Notes under the pieces: model-generated
Database searches by the model: none
What the model was told of the DNA's origin: nothing
Seen by the model: the letters and a program-made list of their open reading frames with translations, nothing else
Assembly (NCBI GenBank): GCA_964544935.1
Contig: CAZJDZ010000003.1
Span: forward strand, 24,568 to 88,567
Direction of reading: 5' to 3'
Source of the DNA: an uncultured Candidatus Saccharibacteria bacterium
Lineage (GTDB): Bacteria > Patescibacteriota > Minisyncoccia > Phycocordibacterales > UBA5272
DNA length: 64,000 bases
Part shown: piece after piece, positions 10,179 to 19,108 of the stretch
Position numbering within the stretch: position 1 is the first letter of the stretch
Layout of the letters: each line of letters opens with the position of its first letter
Made by a program: the position numbers and the translations under genes

Positions 10179-10961
10179 ATGGAATCATCGTATAAAAAGA
10201 ATGCATGGATCGCAGCAACTGTTGCACTCGTGTGTATTTCTTTTGCAGCATTTACATTTGGCATGAGTAGTCTTGACGCAATTAAACATCCAAACGGGCA
10301 GGTTGCCACTATTTCTGTTTCTGGAGAAGGTGAGGTTATTACTATTCCAGATATTGCAACGGTAACATTTACAGTGCGTGAATCAGCTAAGACTGTTCCT
10401 GAAGCGCAGAAGCTTGCAGAGGCAAAAGTTGCAGCTGGGCTAAAAGGTCTTGAGGCACTTGATGTTGAGAAAAAAGATACAAAAACTATTTCGTATAATG
10501 TTGGACCTAAGTACGAATCACAGCAAACAGGATATTGTAATGGATATATTTGTCCTCCAATGAAGACAATAGTTACTGGGTATGAGGTTACTGAAACTAT
10601 TTCAGTAAAGGTTCGTAAAGTTGATCAAGCAGGGAATGTAATTGGTATTTTAGGAAAAGCTAATATTACCGAAATTAATGGCCCAGAGTTCACAGTTGAT
10701 GATATGGATAAGGCAAAAGAAGATGCTAAGAAGGAAGCTATTAAGAAAGCTCAAGCAAAAGCAAAGGTAGAAGCAGATGCTCTCGGAGTTTCTCTCGGTG
10801 CTATTATTTCCTTTAGTGAGGACGGGGGTTACTACCCAGCACCAATGATGTACAAAGCAGATACAATGCTTGCTTCTGGTGAAGCAACGGAAGCTGTTTC
10901 ACTTCCACAAGGTGAAAATACTATTAAGTCACGAGTAACAATTACCTACACAATTAAGTAG
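10179..10961 (+). CDS. SIMPL-domain (DUF541) secreted protein
   Basis: N-terminal signal/TM. ISVSGEGEVITIPDIATVTFTV and the C-terminal ...RVTITYTIK are characteristic of SIMPL/DUF541. Confidence 0.6.
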   Translation: MESSYKKNAWIAATVALVCISFAAFTFGMSSLDAIKHPNGQVATISVSGEGEVITIPDIATVTFTVRESAKTVPEAQKLAEAKVAAGLKGLEALDVEKKDTKTISYNVGPKYESQQTGYCNGYICPPMKTIVTGYEVTETISVKVRKVDQAGNVIGILGKANITEINGPEFTVDDMDKAKEDAKKEAIKKAQAKAKVEADALGVSLGAIISFSEDGGYYPAPMMYKADTMLASGEATEAVSLPQGENTIKSRVTITYTIK

Positions 10962-10982
10962 TTGTATCTAGATTTAAATCCT

Positions 10983-11012
10983 AAAAACACCCTCGACTGA
11001 GGGTGTTTTTAG
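10983..11012 (+). terminator. rho-independent terminator hairpin after the SIMPL gene
   Basis: AAAAACACCCTC-GACT-GAGGGTGTTTTTAG: perfect 12-bp stem plus T-run. Confidence 0.6.
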
Positions 11013-11135
11013 ATGGAACAGTGGTCCTTGCACTTTTGTATAAGATATGGTACTATTTTATGTATGAATGCCCTCGGGGGCGTTTTTTAGAATAAGCGTA
11101 CCGTTTTCAAAAAACACGTAACCAACAATATTACT

Positions 11136-11318
11136 ATGAAAATCTTACAATACCTCAAAGAAACAAAGAACGAACTCAAAGAAGTTGTTTTTCCTACTTC
11201 AGCTCAAACAATTACCTACACCATGATCGTTATTTTTATCTCTGTACTGGTAGCACTTGGTCTTGGTGGTGTTGATCTAGGACTTCGTGAGCTTTTGGCA
11301 AAAGTTATTGCTCGCTAG
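11136..11318 (+). CDS. secE: preprotein translocase subunit SecE
   Basis: 60 aa with a single C-terminal TM. Lies immediately upstream of nusG (conserved secE-nusG arrangement). Confidence 0.7.
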   Translation: MKILQYLKETKNELKEVVFPTSAQTITYTMIVIFISVLVALGLGGVDLGLRELLAKVIAR

Positions 11319-11360
11319 TTTTTATTATAGGTAACCTTTTAACTATTTCGTAATTTATTT

Positions 11361-11906
11361 ATGGCTAAACAAGAATTTACAGGAGAGCGTCACTGGTACG
11401 CAATTCATACATATAGTGGATATGAGAATGCGGTGCTTCGTAATCTCAAGCAGCGTATCGAGTCACTTGGAATGGAAGATAAGATTTTTGCCGTCGTCGT
11501 TCCTCTCGAAAAGAAGATCAAGGTAAAAGGCACTAAGCGTGTAGAGGTTGAAGAAAAGATTTATCCAGGATATGTTCTCGTTGACATGATTGTTGATGAT
11601 AATAGTTGGTACGTTGTACGTAACACACCTCGAGTAACTGGATTCGTTGGAGCAGGGACAACCCCTGTGCCACTTTCTCAGAAAGAAATTGATTTCCTCT
11701 TCAGTCGTATGAACACAGGAGAGGTTGAGCATGAAATTGCGGTTACAGAAGGAGAGCTTGTTGGAATCATCGACGGCCCATTTAAGGACTTTGAAGGTAA
11801 GGTTTCTGAGGTTGATAAAGCCCGCGGGAAATTAAAGGTGCTTGTTAATATGTTTGGACGAGAGACTCCGGTTGAGCTGGACTTCCTTCAAATCAAAAAA
11901 ATCTAA
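11361..11906 (+). CDS. nusG: transcription termination/antitermination factor NusG
   Basis: NGN domain start (RHWYAIHTYSGYE). KOW-like C-terminus (GPFKDFEGKVSEVD). secE-nusG-rplK context. Confidence 0.9.
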   Translation: MAKQEFTGERHWYAIHTYSGYENAVLRNLKQRIESLGMEDKIFAVVVPLEKKIKVKGTKRVEVEEKIYPGYVLVDMIVDDNSWYVVRNTPRVTGFVGAGTTPVPLSQKEIDFLFSRMNTGEVEHEIAVTEGELVGIIDGPFKDFEGKVSEVDKARGKLKVLVNMFGRETPVELDFLQIKKI

Positions 11907-12052
11907 AGTAAAAAGCGTAAAATCACCCCACCTTCTTTGTTGTAACTTCATTTTTATCAGTCGTCGTAGGTCTACTACGCCTTCTTTCAAAAAATCGTTA
12001 CGCCTCGAATCCGTAACGATTTTACGCTTTTTATGAACCGTGATAAAAAGGG

Positions 12053-12081
12053 TTGAAAATCTTAAAAAACCGTGATATAAT
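12053..12081 (+). promoter_or_regulatory. sigma70-like promoter upstream of rplK (TTGAAA-17 nt-TATAAT)
   Basis: TTGAAA at 12053-12058 and TATAAT at 12076-12081, exactly 17 nt apart, about 12 nt before the rplK ATG region. Confidence 0.45.
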
Positions 12082-12093
12082 ACCAAAACTTAT

Positions 12094-12507
12094 ATGGCAG
12101 CTAAAAAAATTACAAAATACGTAAAAGTTCAAATCGAAGCAGGTAAAGCTACTCCTGCTCCACCACTTGGTCCTGCCCTCGGTCAGGCCGGTGTTCAGAT
12201 TGGTGATTTCGTTAACAAGTTTAACGCAGCAACACAAGGAAAGCAGGGAAGAATGTCTGTAAAGATTTATGTGTATGAAGATCGTACATACGATTTCGTT
12301 ATCAAATCTCCTACAGCTACATCACTCGTGATGAAAGCAGCAAATGTTGCAAAAGGAAACAGTAAAGGAAAGGCTGGAACAATTTCAAAGGACAAGATTC
12401 GTGAAATTGCAGAGCTCAAGCTTGCTGACCTTACTGCACACACTGTAGAACAAGGAATGAAGATTATTGAAGGTACTGCACGTTCTGCTGGAATCGCAGT
12501 TGTCTAG
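12094..12507 (+). CDS. rplK: 50S ribosomal protein L11
   Basis: MAAKKI...VQIEAGKATPAPPLGPALGQAGVQI is the canonical L11 N-terminus. 137 aa. Confidence 0.95.
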   Translation: MAAKKITKYVKVQIEAGKATPAPPLGPALGQAGVQIGDFVNKFNAATQGKQGRMSVKIYVYEDRTYDFVIKSPTATSLVMKAANVAKGNSKGKAGTISKDKIREIAELKLADLTAHTVEQGMKIIEGTARSAGIAVV

Positions 12508-12645
12508 TTTAATCATAAAATAAGCATCTGCTTCGTTAGTTGAAATTTTACTTCCGCAATGTACTACTTGTATATTTTGGTCGCAAAAATTCCAACAGCC
12601 TTGCACCCATCTTATTTTCTGAATAAACAAAAATGCAATAAAAAC

Positions 12646-12677
12646 AAAAAACCGCACAAGTTGCGGTTTTTTGTTTT
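12646..12677 (+). terminator. rho-independent terminator after rplK
   Basis: AAAAACCGCACAAGTTGCGGTTTTTTG. Confidence 0.6.
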
Positions 12678-12745
12678 CTTATGTAGGATTATGCCAGCCC
12701 CAGAAATGGGATTCAGTTCATCAATAGTATAAAAGAGGTACTCTC

Positions 12746-13885
12746 ATGTCTCAGCACAATTGTGGAGCCTTTAGCAAGGACGACATGATTTCACTCATTT
12801 CGGCAGGTAGGATTGAAACCCTTCCAGGCTTTGATGAAAAACACATCGGTCCTGCATCGATTGATATTACCATCGCAAATGGCGAAGCTTACCGAGTGGA
12901 GCGCCTGATGCGCCCTAGTGGTAAACGTCGCGAACGGATTCGTGACATGTTGCCAGCCCTCGGGGCGCGACCCATTGAAATTGGTTCGATCCTTGTTCCG
13001 GGAGAAAAATACATTGCACCGGCAACGATTGGCGCAAACTTTTCGCCAGGTATGTATGGCTACAGCAATGCAAAGTCGACCAGTGGCCGCAACATGTGTC
13101 TGGTGAGGACTCTCGCTGATCAGGTTGAAGGGTACGATACTCTCGATAGGAGATGGGAAGGTTGGAGTGGCGAGCTTTGGCTCACTATCGAACCGCTTGT
13201 TTTTCCGATTGTCCTGACCGACAAGGAGTGCTACTCGCAAGTGCGGATGTTTGATGGAGATACCCGTTTCAGTGACAATGATTTGAAGGATGAGCTTGCG
13301 AAACAAGATTTTCTCTATCGCCAAGATGGCAGCAGATACAAGCAAGGTGAGCTCAGTCTTGCATCAGGTGACGGGACGGTCTTTACGACGTTGTACGCAA
13401 AAGCTGGGAAGCTTGTTGGTTTCCGGGCAAAGAGAACACGTAAGCCTCTTGACCTTGAAATGCGAAAACTTGATCCGAGAGAGTACTTTGAACCCGTGTA
13501 CGCTGAGGTTGACCCAAGTGATCCTGAGGGAGGACTCATCACTCTTGAGCCAGGGTGGTACTACCTCTTGTCCACCAATGAGATGCTTCATGTTCCTGAG
13601 CATCTGTGTGCAGAGCTTGTTATGCTTCATCCGCGTTTCGGGCTGTTCTTTTCTCACTTCGCTGGTTTCTTTGATCCTGGGTTTAGGGGGGTTCCGACCC
13701 TTGAAGTGACTTGCCTCATTCCGACAACAATGAGACACCGTGAAGCAGTTGGTTGTTTCCGGTACGAGAGGATGCGTTCGAAGACTGTTTCTTACGCACA
13801 ATCCGGAAATTACAGTGGTCAAGTTCGTACTACGTTGCCAAAGCAGTTTTTGATGCCGGAAGAGTGGCGTCTTGCAATGGCATGA
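12746..13885 (+). CDS. dcd: long-form 2'-deoxycytidine 5'-triphosphate deaminase (DCD)-like protein
   Basis: 379 aa. HIGPASIDITI resembles the dCTP deaminase/dUTPase-fold substrate block. Next to dut, folA and thyA. The gene is markedly GC-richer than its flanks. Confidence 0.5.
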   Translation: MSQHNCGAFSKDDMISLISAGRIETLPGFDEKHIGPASIDITIANGEAYRVERLMRPSGKRRERIRDMLPALGARPIEIGSILVPGEKYIAPATIGANFSPGMYGYSNAKSTSGRNMCLVRTLADQVEGYDTLDRRWEGWSGELWLTIEPLVFPIVLTDKECYSQVRMFDGDTRFSDNDLKDELAKQDFLYRQDGSRYKQGELSLASGDGTVFTTLYAKAGKLVGFRAKRTRKPLDLEMRKLDPREYFEPVYAEVDPSDPEGGLITLEPGWYYLLSTNEMLHVPEHLCAELVMLHPRFGLFFSHFAGFFDPGFRGVPTLEVTCLIPTTMRHREAVGCFRYERMRSKTVSYAQSGNYSGQVRTTLPKQFLMPEEWRLAMA

Positions 13886-13901
13886 GCATTTTGCTCAAAG
13901 C

Positions 13902-13930
13902 GGTCCCTCGGGACCGTTTTTCTTTTTTGA
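13902..13930 (+). terminator. terminator hairpin after dcd-like gene
   Basis: GGTCCC-TCG-GGGACC followed by a T-run. Confidence 0.5.
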
Positions 13931-13944
13931 TATACTTATACACA

Positions 13945-14364
13945 ATGAAACTTAAAATTAAAAAACTAAGAGATGACGCACGTGTCCCTACACGAGCACA
14001 CAAGGAAGATGCTGGAATTGATCTCTATGCTTGTGGCGATCACGTTGTGTTACCTCATCAGACAGTAAAGATTCCTCTTGGTGTTGCAATGGAAATAGAG
14101 GAAGGGTATGTAGGACTTATGTGGGACAAGTCGAGTATTGGGTCACAGAGTTTGAAGACGCTCGGTGGTGTAATAGATGCTGGGTATCGAGGCGAAGTAC
14201 TAGCCATGGTTCATAATCTTGGTGATGAGAGCTATACATTTCTCCATGGTCATAAAGTGGCGCAAATGGTAATACAAAAAGTTGAACTTTGGGAAGTAGA
14301 AGAAGTAGAGGAACTCACTGATTCTCTTCGAGGAGAAAAAGGGTTTGGAAGTACAGGGAAGTAA
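13945..14364 (+). CDS. dut: dUTP diphosphatase (dUTPase)
   Basis: dUTPase motifs AGIDLYA, GVIDAGYRGEV, MVIQKV and C-terminal RGEKGFGSTGK. Start chosen at MKLKIKK (ATG 13945) rather than the longer track ORF at 13753. Confidence 0.85.
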   Translation: MKLKIKKLRDDARVPTRAHKEDAGIDLYACGDHVVLPHQTVKIPLGVAMEIEEGYVGLMWDKSSIGSQSLKTLGGVIDAGYRGEVLAMVHNLGDESYTFLHGHKVAQMVIQKVELWEVEEVEELTDSLRGEKGFGSTGK

Positions 14365-14367
14365 ATA

Positions 14368-14390
14368 GTGCGCAGCCGTAGGCTGCGCAC
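14368..14390. terminator. bidirectional terminator hairpin between convergent dut and folA
   Basis: GTGCGCAGCC-GTA-GGCTGCGCAC: perfect 10-bp stem with a CGTAGG-type loop. Confidence 0.55.
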
Positions 14391-14406
14391 TTACATGCTT
14401 TTGTTC

Positions 14407-15003
14407 TTATTCCATGTGACGGAAGTAGTCAAGAAAATCAACTCGGACTTCACCATCCCACTCACTCAGAACAGCTTGCTGTGAGATGATAACAAATCCA
14501 GAAGCGACCACCATCTCGTGAAGAGGCTTCTCAAGGCAGTGAAGCCCAGTATCATCAGACTCCTTATGGACGACACTGAGGTATGCATGGGATGCGTGCT
14601 GCAGGCCAGCCTCCCAAGATACTTTTCCTCCAGCGAAAAAGACATTATGTATTTCAGGCATTCTGGCTGCATGTATGAGCCCTGCTTCTGCAGAAGGAAT
14701 CAACATGAAGTCACTTTCTTTTACATGTACCCCATTCACACTTCTGGAAATACCCATCACTACACGGTTAGGGAGTGTTCTTTTACCTGCATCTGTAAGT
14801 GCTTCAGCTGTCGCTCTGTCGACAATCACAAGGTTCTTCTTGCCTACAGGAGCTTCGCTTGTGATTGATTTGAATCGACGCATATCCTCTTTGAGCGAAC
14901 CTCTTGGCCAAGGCATACCAGACCCAAGACCGAAAGCATGATGGACAGCAGTGTGTGCACCAATCAGTGCAATTCTTGAGCTATGAACATAAGGTATCAT
15001 CAC
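14407..15003 (-). CDS. folA: dihydrofolate reductase
   Basis: IALIGA...GMPW (substrate loop), LVIVDRATAEAL and VVMGISRS blocks align with DHFR. 198 aa. Confidence 0.65.
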   Translation of the reverse strand: MMIPYVHSSRIALIGAHTAVHHAFGLGSGMPWPRGSLKEDMRRFKSITSEAPVGKKNLVIVDRATAEALTDAGKRTLPNRVVMGISRSVNGVHVKESDFMLIPSAEAGLIHAARMPEIHNVFFAGGKVSWEAGLQHASHAYLSVVHKESDDTGLHCLEKPLHEMVVASGFVIISQQAVLSEWDGEVRVDFLDYFRHME

Positions 15004-15085
15004 AATTCTCCAATCTTGAGTGAGGTTGGTCTGTACATAACTTTACATGATTTTCACAAAAAAGAAAGCTTTTTAATTTTAAAAA

Positions 15086-15110
15086 TAAAAAACCTGCCGA
15101 AGCAGGTTTT
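15086..15110 (-). terminator. terminator after thyA
   Basis: Minus strand reads AAAACCTGC-TTCG-GCAGGTTTTTTATTTTT. Confidence 0.6.
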
Positions 15111-15127
15111 GATATCAGACTCCAGTC

Positions 15128-15988
15128 TCAGATAGCAACTGGAGCTTTGATGGCTGGGTGGTGTTGGTAGTCCAGCACTTCGAAGTCTTCATAATTGTAA
15201 CCGGAGATCGAATCGGTCTTGCTCTTGATGTGAAGCACCGGGTAAGGCAGGGGTTCACGGGAGAGTTGAGTCTCTGCCTGTTCGAAGTGGTTGTTGTAGA
15301 GATGGCAGTCGCCGCCAGTCCAGATGAAGTCGCCTACATCTAGGTCACACTGCTGTGCCAGCATATGAGTCAGTAAGGCGTAGCTAGCGATATTGAAGGG
15401 CACGCCGAGGAAGATATCTGCACTGCGTTGATAGAGCTGGCAGCTGAGCTTGCCACGGCCACCCCGTTCAGTAGCTGGTGCCACGTAGAACTGGAAGAAT
15501 GCATGGCAAGGCATCAGTGCCATCTTGTCGAGATCAGCCACGTTCCAAGCGCTGACGATGATGCGACGGCTATCTGGGTTGACCTTTAGTTGCTGTACCA
15601 CCTGACTGATCTGGTCAACGTGACCACCGTCAGGTGTAGGCCAGTTGCGCCATTGCACACCATAGACCGGACCCAGCTCGCCATCTTCGCGTGCCCATTC
15701 ATTCCAGATCGTGCAGCCGTGTTCTTGCAGCCATTTCACATTACTGTCGCCACGCAAGAACCATAACAGTTCCACGATGATGGCTTTAAGGAAGACCTTC
15801 TTTGTGGTCACTAACGGAAAGCCCTCGTTCAGGTCGAAGCGCATTTGATAACCGAATACGCTGCGCGTACCAGTGCCTGTACGGTCTCCTTTAGCCACGC
15901 CATGTTCGTACACATGACGCATGAAATCTTCATACTGAGAGCGGACAGGACGAGATGTAATAACATTCTCTTGTTTGCTCATGATCAT
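15128..15988 (-). CDS. thyA: thymidylate synthase ThyA
   Basis: Canonical ThyA blocks: [56 protein letters not shown]. Confidence 0.95.
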   Translation of the reverse strand: MIMSKQENVITSRPVRSQYEDFMRHVYEHGVAKGDRTGTGTRSVFGYQMRFDLNEGFPLVTTKKVFLKAIIVELLWFLRGDSNVKWLQEHGCTIWNEWAREDGELGPVYGVQWRNWPTPDGGHVDQISQVVQQLKVNPDSRRIIVSAWNVADLDKMALMPCHAFFQFYVAPATERGGRGKLSCQLYQRSADIFLGVPFNIASYALLTHMLAQQCDLDVGDFIWTGGDCHLYNNHFEQAETQLSREPLPYPVLHIKSKTDSISGYNYEDFEVLDYQHHPAIKAPVAI

Positions 15989-16122
15989 TTCTCCATGGTA
16001 ATGTTCAGAATCTTACAAGATATTAGTCTCAGTAAGGCTAACTTTATAATAGTAAAAAGCATAAATCAGCACAATCTTGTCATTTGCTATAAAAATGTTC
16101 AAAAATAATGTAGTATAGAGGG

Positions 16123-17823
16123 ATGAATTCGTACGAAGCGATACAAGAAGTGCTTAAGGCAGCAACAGGAGGAGATATCACTTTCTCTCTTGATCAGCCA
16201 GAAGAAATATCTCATGGAGATTACGCCACCAATGTGGCATTTCCATATTCAAAAAAACAGGGAATGTCTCCAAAAGAATGTGCAGAAAAAATGCTTCCAG
16301 AACTGAAAGATAGCCTTTACCCTATCATACAAGATATCCAAGTTGCAGGACCAGGGTTCATTAATTTCTTTTTAAGAGATGACATTCGTACTGATGAAGC
16401 AGAAGAAATTGCTCTACATGGAGTGTTACGACCTCTCTTAGATGAACAAGCACTCGTTGAGTATACCGACCCAAATTGTTTCAAAGTTTTTCATATTGGT
16501 CATTTGATGTCGAATACTATTGGAGAATCTATTTCTCATATTTATGAAATGAAAGGATATAAGGTGACTCGTGTTTGTTACCCGTCAGATATCGGAAGAA
16601 ACGTGGCGATGGGTGTCTGGGGTGTCATGCAAAAAGAAAATGAGATGCCAGAAGCTAGTGCATCACTTAAAGATAAAGTTGCATTCTTGGGTATGTGTTA
16701 TGCATATGCGAATGAGCAGTTTGAAACAAATGAAGAAGCAAAGAAGGGTATCATTGACGTTAATAAAGCAATCTACGCAGCATCAGATGAAAAAGTGATG
16801 GAAGTGTATAGAGAAGGACGGGAACTTTCACTTGCGTATTTTGATAGTCTCTACAAAAAACTTGGCACAACGTTTGATGCTTTTATTTATGAATCCGAAG
16901 TATCAGAACCAGGGCTTGCAATTGTTCAAGAGTATTTGAAGAAAGGAATCTTTGAAGAATCAGAAGGAGCAATTGTATACAAAGGGGAACAAGACGGGCT
17001 CCATACTCGTGTGTTTGTAAACAAAGAAGGCCTTCCAACATACGAAGCAAAAGATCTTGGTAACTATGAGAAGAAGCTTGTACTTCTTCCACATGCAGCA
17101 CACTATGTGGTTATCACTGCCAAAGAACAAGACGAGTACTTCAAAGTAATCAACAAAGTTTCAGAAAAAATTCACACTGATCTTGCTTCCAAACTTACTC
17201 ATATCGGCCACGGCATGATGAGACTTCCATCAGGTAAGATGTCATCTCGTACAGGGAATGTGATCGGAGGAGAGGACATGCTTGATATGATTTCTGAAAA
17301 GATTCGCGAGAAAGTAACAGAGATGCGAGTACCTGATGGAGAGAAAGAACAGTTGGTAAATGATATTGCAGTTGGTGCTATTAAGTTTTCTATTCTTAAG
17401 ATTGCCCCAGGTAAAGATATCGCATTTGATTTTGATAAATCAATTTCTTTTGAAGGGGACTCAGGACCATACCTTCAGTACACTCATGCAAGACTCTCCG
17501 CGCTTCTCGACAAAGCAACTGAGGCTGGTATCTCATTTGAACACGGATATGTAGTTACTTCTCCTGAGAAAGAATTAGAGAAGGTTATTATGGGGTATCA
17601 AGAAGTGCTTACAAAAACATATGTTGATCTAGGACCTCATCATATTGTCCAACATCTTCTTATGCTCACAAAAGCATTCAATAACATGTATGCGCGAGTA
17701 CAGATAATTAACAGCGAAGACAAAGATACAAGTGCTTACTATCTTATACTTGTAGCAGCTACCAAAAATATTCTTGCCCACGGGCTGCACATCTTAGGAA
17801 TAGCTGCTCCAAAGCGGATGTAA
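16123..17823 (+). CDS. argS: arginine--tRNA ligase
   Basis: 566 aa. Class I HIGH-like block FHIGHLMSNTIGESI. C-terminal DALR-type anticodon-binding domain ending ...AAPKRM (terminal Met typical of ArgS). Confidence 0.8.
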   Translation: MNSYEAIQEVLKAATGGDITFSLDQPEEISHGDYATNVAFPYSKKQGMSPKECAEKMLPELKDSLYPIIQDIQVAGPGFINFFLRDDIRTDEAEEIALHGVLRPLLDEQALVEYTDPNCFKVFHIGHLMSNTIGESISHIYEMKGYKVTRVCYPSDIGRNVAMGVWGVMQKENEMPEASASLKDKVAFLGMCYAYANEQFETNEEAKKGIIDVNKAIYAASDEKVMEVYREGRELSLAYFDSLYKKLGTTFDAFIYESEVSEPGLAIVQEYLKKGIFEESEGAIVYKGEQDGLHTRVFVNKEGLPTYEAKDLGNYEKKLVLLPHAAHYVVITAKEQDEYFKVINKVSEKIHTDLASKLTHIGHGMMRLPSGKMSSRTGNVIGGEDMLDMISEKIREKVTEMRVPDGEKEQLVNDIAVGAIKFSILKIAPGKDIAFDFDKSISFEGDSGPYLQYTHARLSALLDKATEAGISFEHGYVVTSPEKELEKVIMGYQEVLTKTYVDLGPHHIVQHLLMLTKAFNNMYARVQIINSEDKDTSAYYLILVAATKNILAHGLHILGIAAPKRM

Positions 17824-17933
17824 CTGGCTATATAAAGTGGACAAAATAATTTTTTGGTATAGGATTGTGGCTAGGACTTGCGTGTGTAGTACATATGTGA
17901 GATGTTCGTAGAACTTTCGAGGAGCTGAAGATC

Positions 17934-18281
17934 ATGTCCCAAGAGTTGACTGTTGCTTTGAAGACTTTGGGTGGTCTTGCGGCTGCTATCGTCGTAATCT
18001 GGTTTCTTTTTTCCAGTACACAAGCGAAGAAGGTGCAGTTCCGTATCTTGGTCAAAGAGAAGATAAGACTGTGTCTCATGCAAAAACCAAGACTTCTTGC
18101 TGCAGAAGTCAATCAGTGTCTTTCCAGTAATCACGGTCTTCAAGACCTATCAGATGGCTTTGTTGTCAGCTGTTTGAAGGAAATGGTCAAGGAAGGAGAT
18201 GTACTTGAAGCAGAAGAGATCGTCCTCAGAGGAGATGGGGTGAGTAACCCACTCAAGTACAGACTCATCAGGAAAAACTGA
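17934..18281 (+). CDS. hypothetical small protein (GC-richer orphan)
   Basis: 115 aa with an N-terminal TM helix. SD GGAG upstream. Own terminator at 18301-18328. GC about 48-50% against about 38% flanks. Confidence 0.4.
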   Translation: MSQELTVALKTLGGLAAAIVVIWFLFSSTQAKKVQFRILVKEKIRLCLMQKPRLLAAEVNQCLSSNHGLQDLSDGFVVSCLKEMVKEGDVLEAEEIVLRGDGVSNPLKYRLIRKN

Positions 18282-18300
18282 TTTCTGTTCATGTCTTGAA

Positions 18301-18328
18301 AAACGCAAGGTTCTGCCTTGCGTTTTTT
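18301..18328 (+). terminator. terminator after 17934-18281 ORF
   Basis: AAACGCAAGG-TTCT-GCCTTGCGTTTTTT. Confidence 0.55.
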
Positions 18329-18418
18329 GCTTGTAAAATAAGGAAAAAAGAATCTATTTACAATAGTAATATTATATTGTATTATAGATAAGGACCTTGA
18401 AGTTTTGCTTTTCAAACT

Positions 18419-18790
18419 ATGGAGGATATTAACATGGGTTCCGAATTCTACACCAACATCTTGATTTCTATCACGGCGCTCTCACTTCTCTTTGGTATGC
18501 GTCGTCAGTCACCGATACCGAATACAAACATTTCAGAAGAGAATGTGCTGAAGTGTTTCGGTGCAGGGGATGAGCTGACAAAAGAAGAAGTTGTTGCTAT
18601 CTTGATGTTCTATCAAGATCTCAAGAGGCCAATTTCTGGTGCGAAGGTTCTAGAGCACCTTCATCAGCTTACGTACAGAGGTATTCTTGTAAGGGAAGGA
18701 AAACAAGAGCGGCTAGATGTGGGGATACCCCAGACTCTTTCTGGGCGTGTTTTCGAGAAAGAAAAATACAGTCTTCCTAAGAAGACGTAA
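18419..18790 (+). CDS. hypothetical small protein (GC-richer orphan)
   Basis: 123 aa with an N-terminal TM helix. Terminator at 18823-18846 (ATGGCGAC-TCCG-GTCGCCAT). Confidence 0.4.
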   Translation: MEDINMGSEFYTNILISITALSLLFGMRRQSPIPNTNISEENVLKCFGAGDELTKEEVVAILMFYQDLKRPISGAKVLEHLHQLTYRGILVREGKQERLDVGIPQTLSGRVFEKEKYSLPKKT

Positions 18791-18859
18791 AATCACATAC
18801 AAGAACTGCATGATGGCGACTCCGGTCGCCATTTGTCTTGCCTTATTCCCCATTTCTGG

Positions 18860-19095
18860 TACTATACGAAGTACATATAAGCATTGATGGAATTAATCAC
18901 TCCGGAGCTTGAGGAAGAACCCCGGCGCCAGTTTTGAATAAGAATATTTTTAGACAAAACTGAAGCTGGGAAGTAGAACCTACACAAACGAGGGAGTAGT
19001 AATACTCTAAACACAAGGTGGTACCACGACAACAAATCGTCCTTGGAAAAAATTCAGCGTATGAATTTTTTCCAAGGATGATTTTTATTTTTATT
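18860..19095 (+). promoter_or_regulatory. candidate T-box leader upstream of ileS (T-box-like sequence plus terminator hairpin)
   Basis: AAGGTGGTACCACG at 19015-19028 matches 12 of 14 positions of the T-box core AGGGTGGTACCGCG. UGGU would pair with an NCCA end with discriminator A (tRNA-Ile has A). Perfect 16-bp hairpin CCTTGGAAAAAATTCA-GCGTAT-TGAATTTTTTCCAAGG at 19041-19077, followed by a T-run, about 30 nt before the ileS ATG. Confidence 0.4.
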
Positions 19096-19108
19096 ACATT
19101 ATTCAATT

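Noticed and set aside
13290-13822. Several 75-150 aa ORFs on both strands inside the dcd-like gene (13290-13709 +, 13315-13542 -, 13364-13822 -)
   Set aside because: They lie entirely within a longer ORF that has a recognisable family motif. Long antisense or alternative-frame ORFs are expected in locally GC-rich sequence. They have no SD or terminator context of their own.
12746-15988. Prophage call for the dcd-dut-folA-thyA block
   Set aside because: No structural, integrase or lysis genes or att repeats are visible. The compositional shift supports lateral origin but not a prophage annotation.
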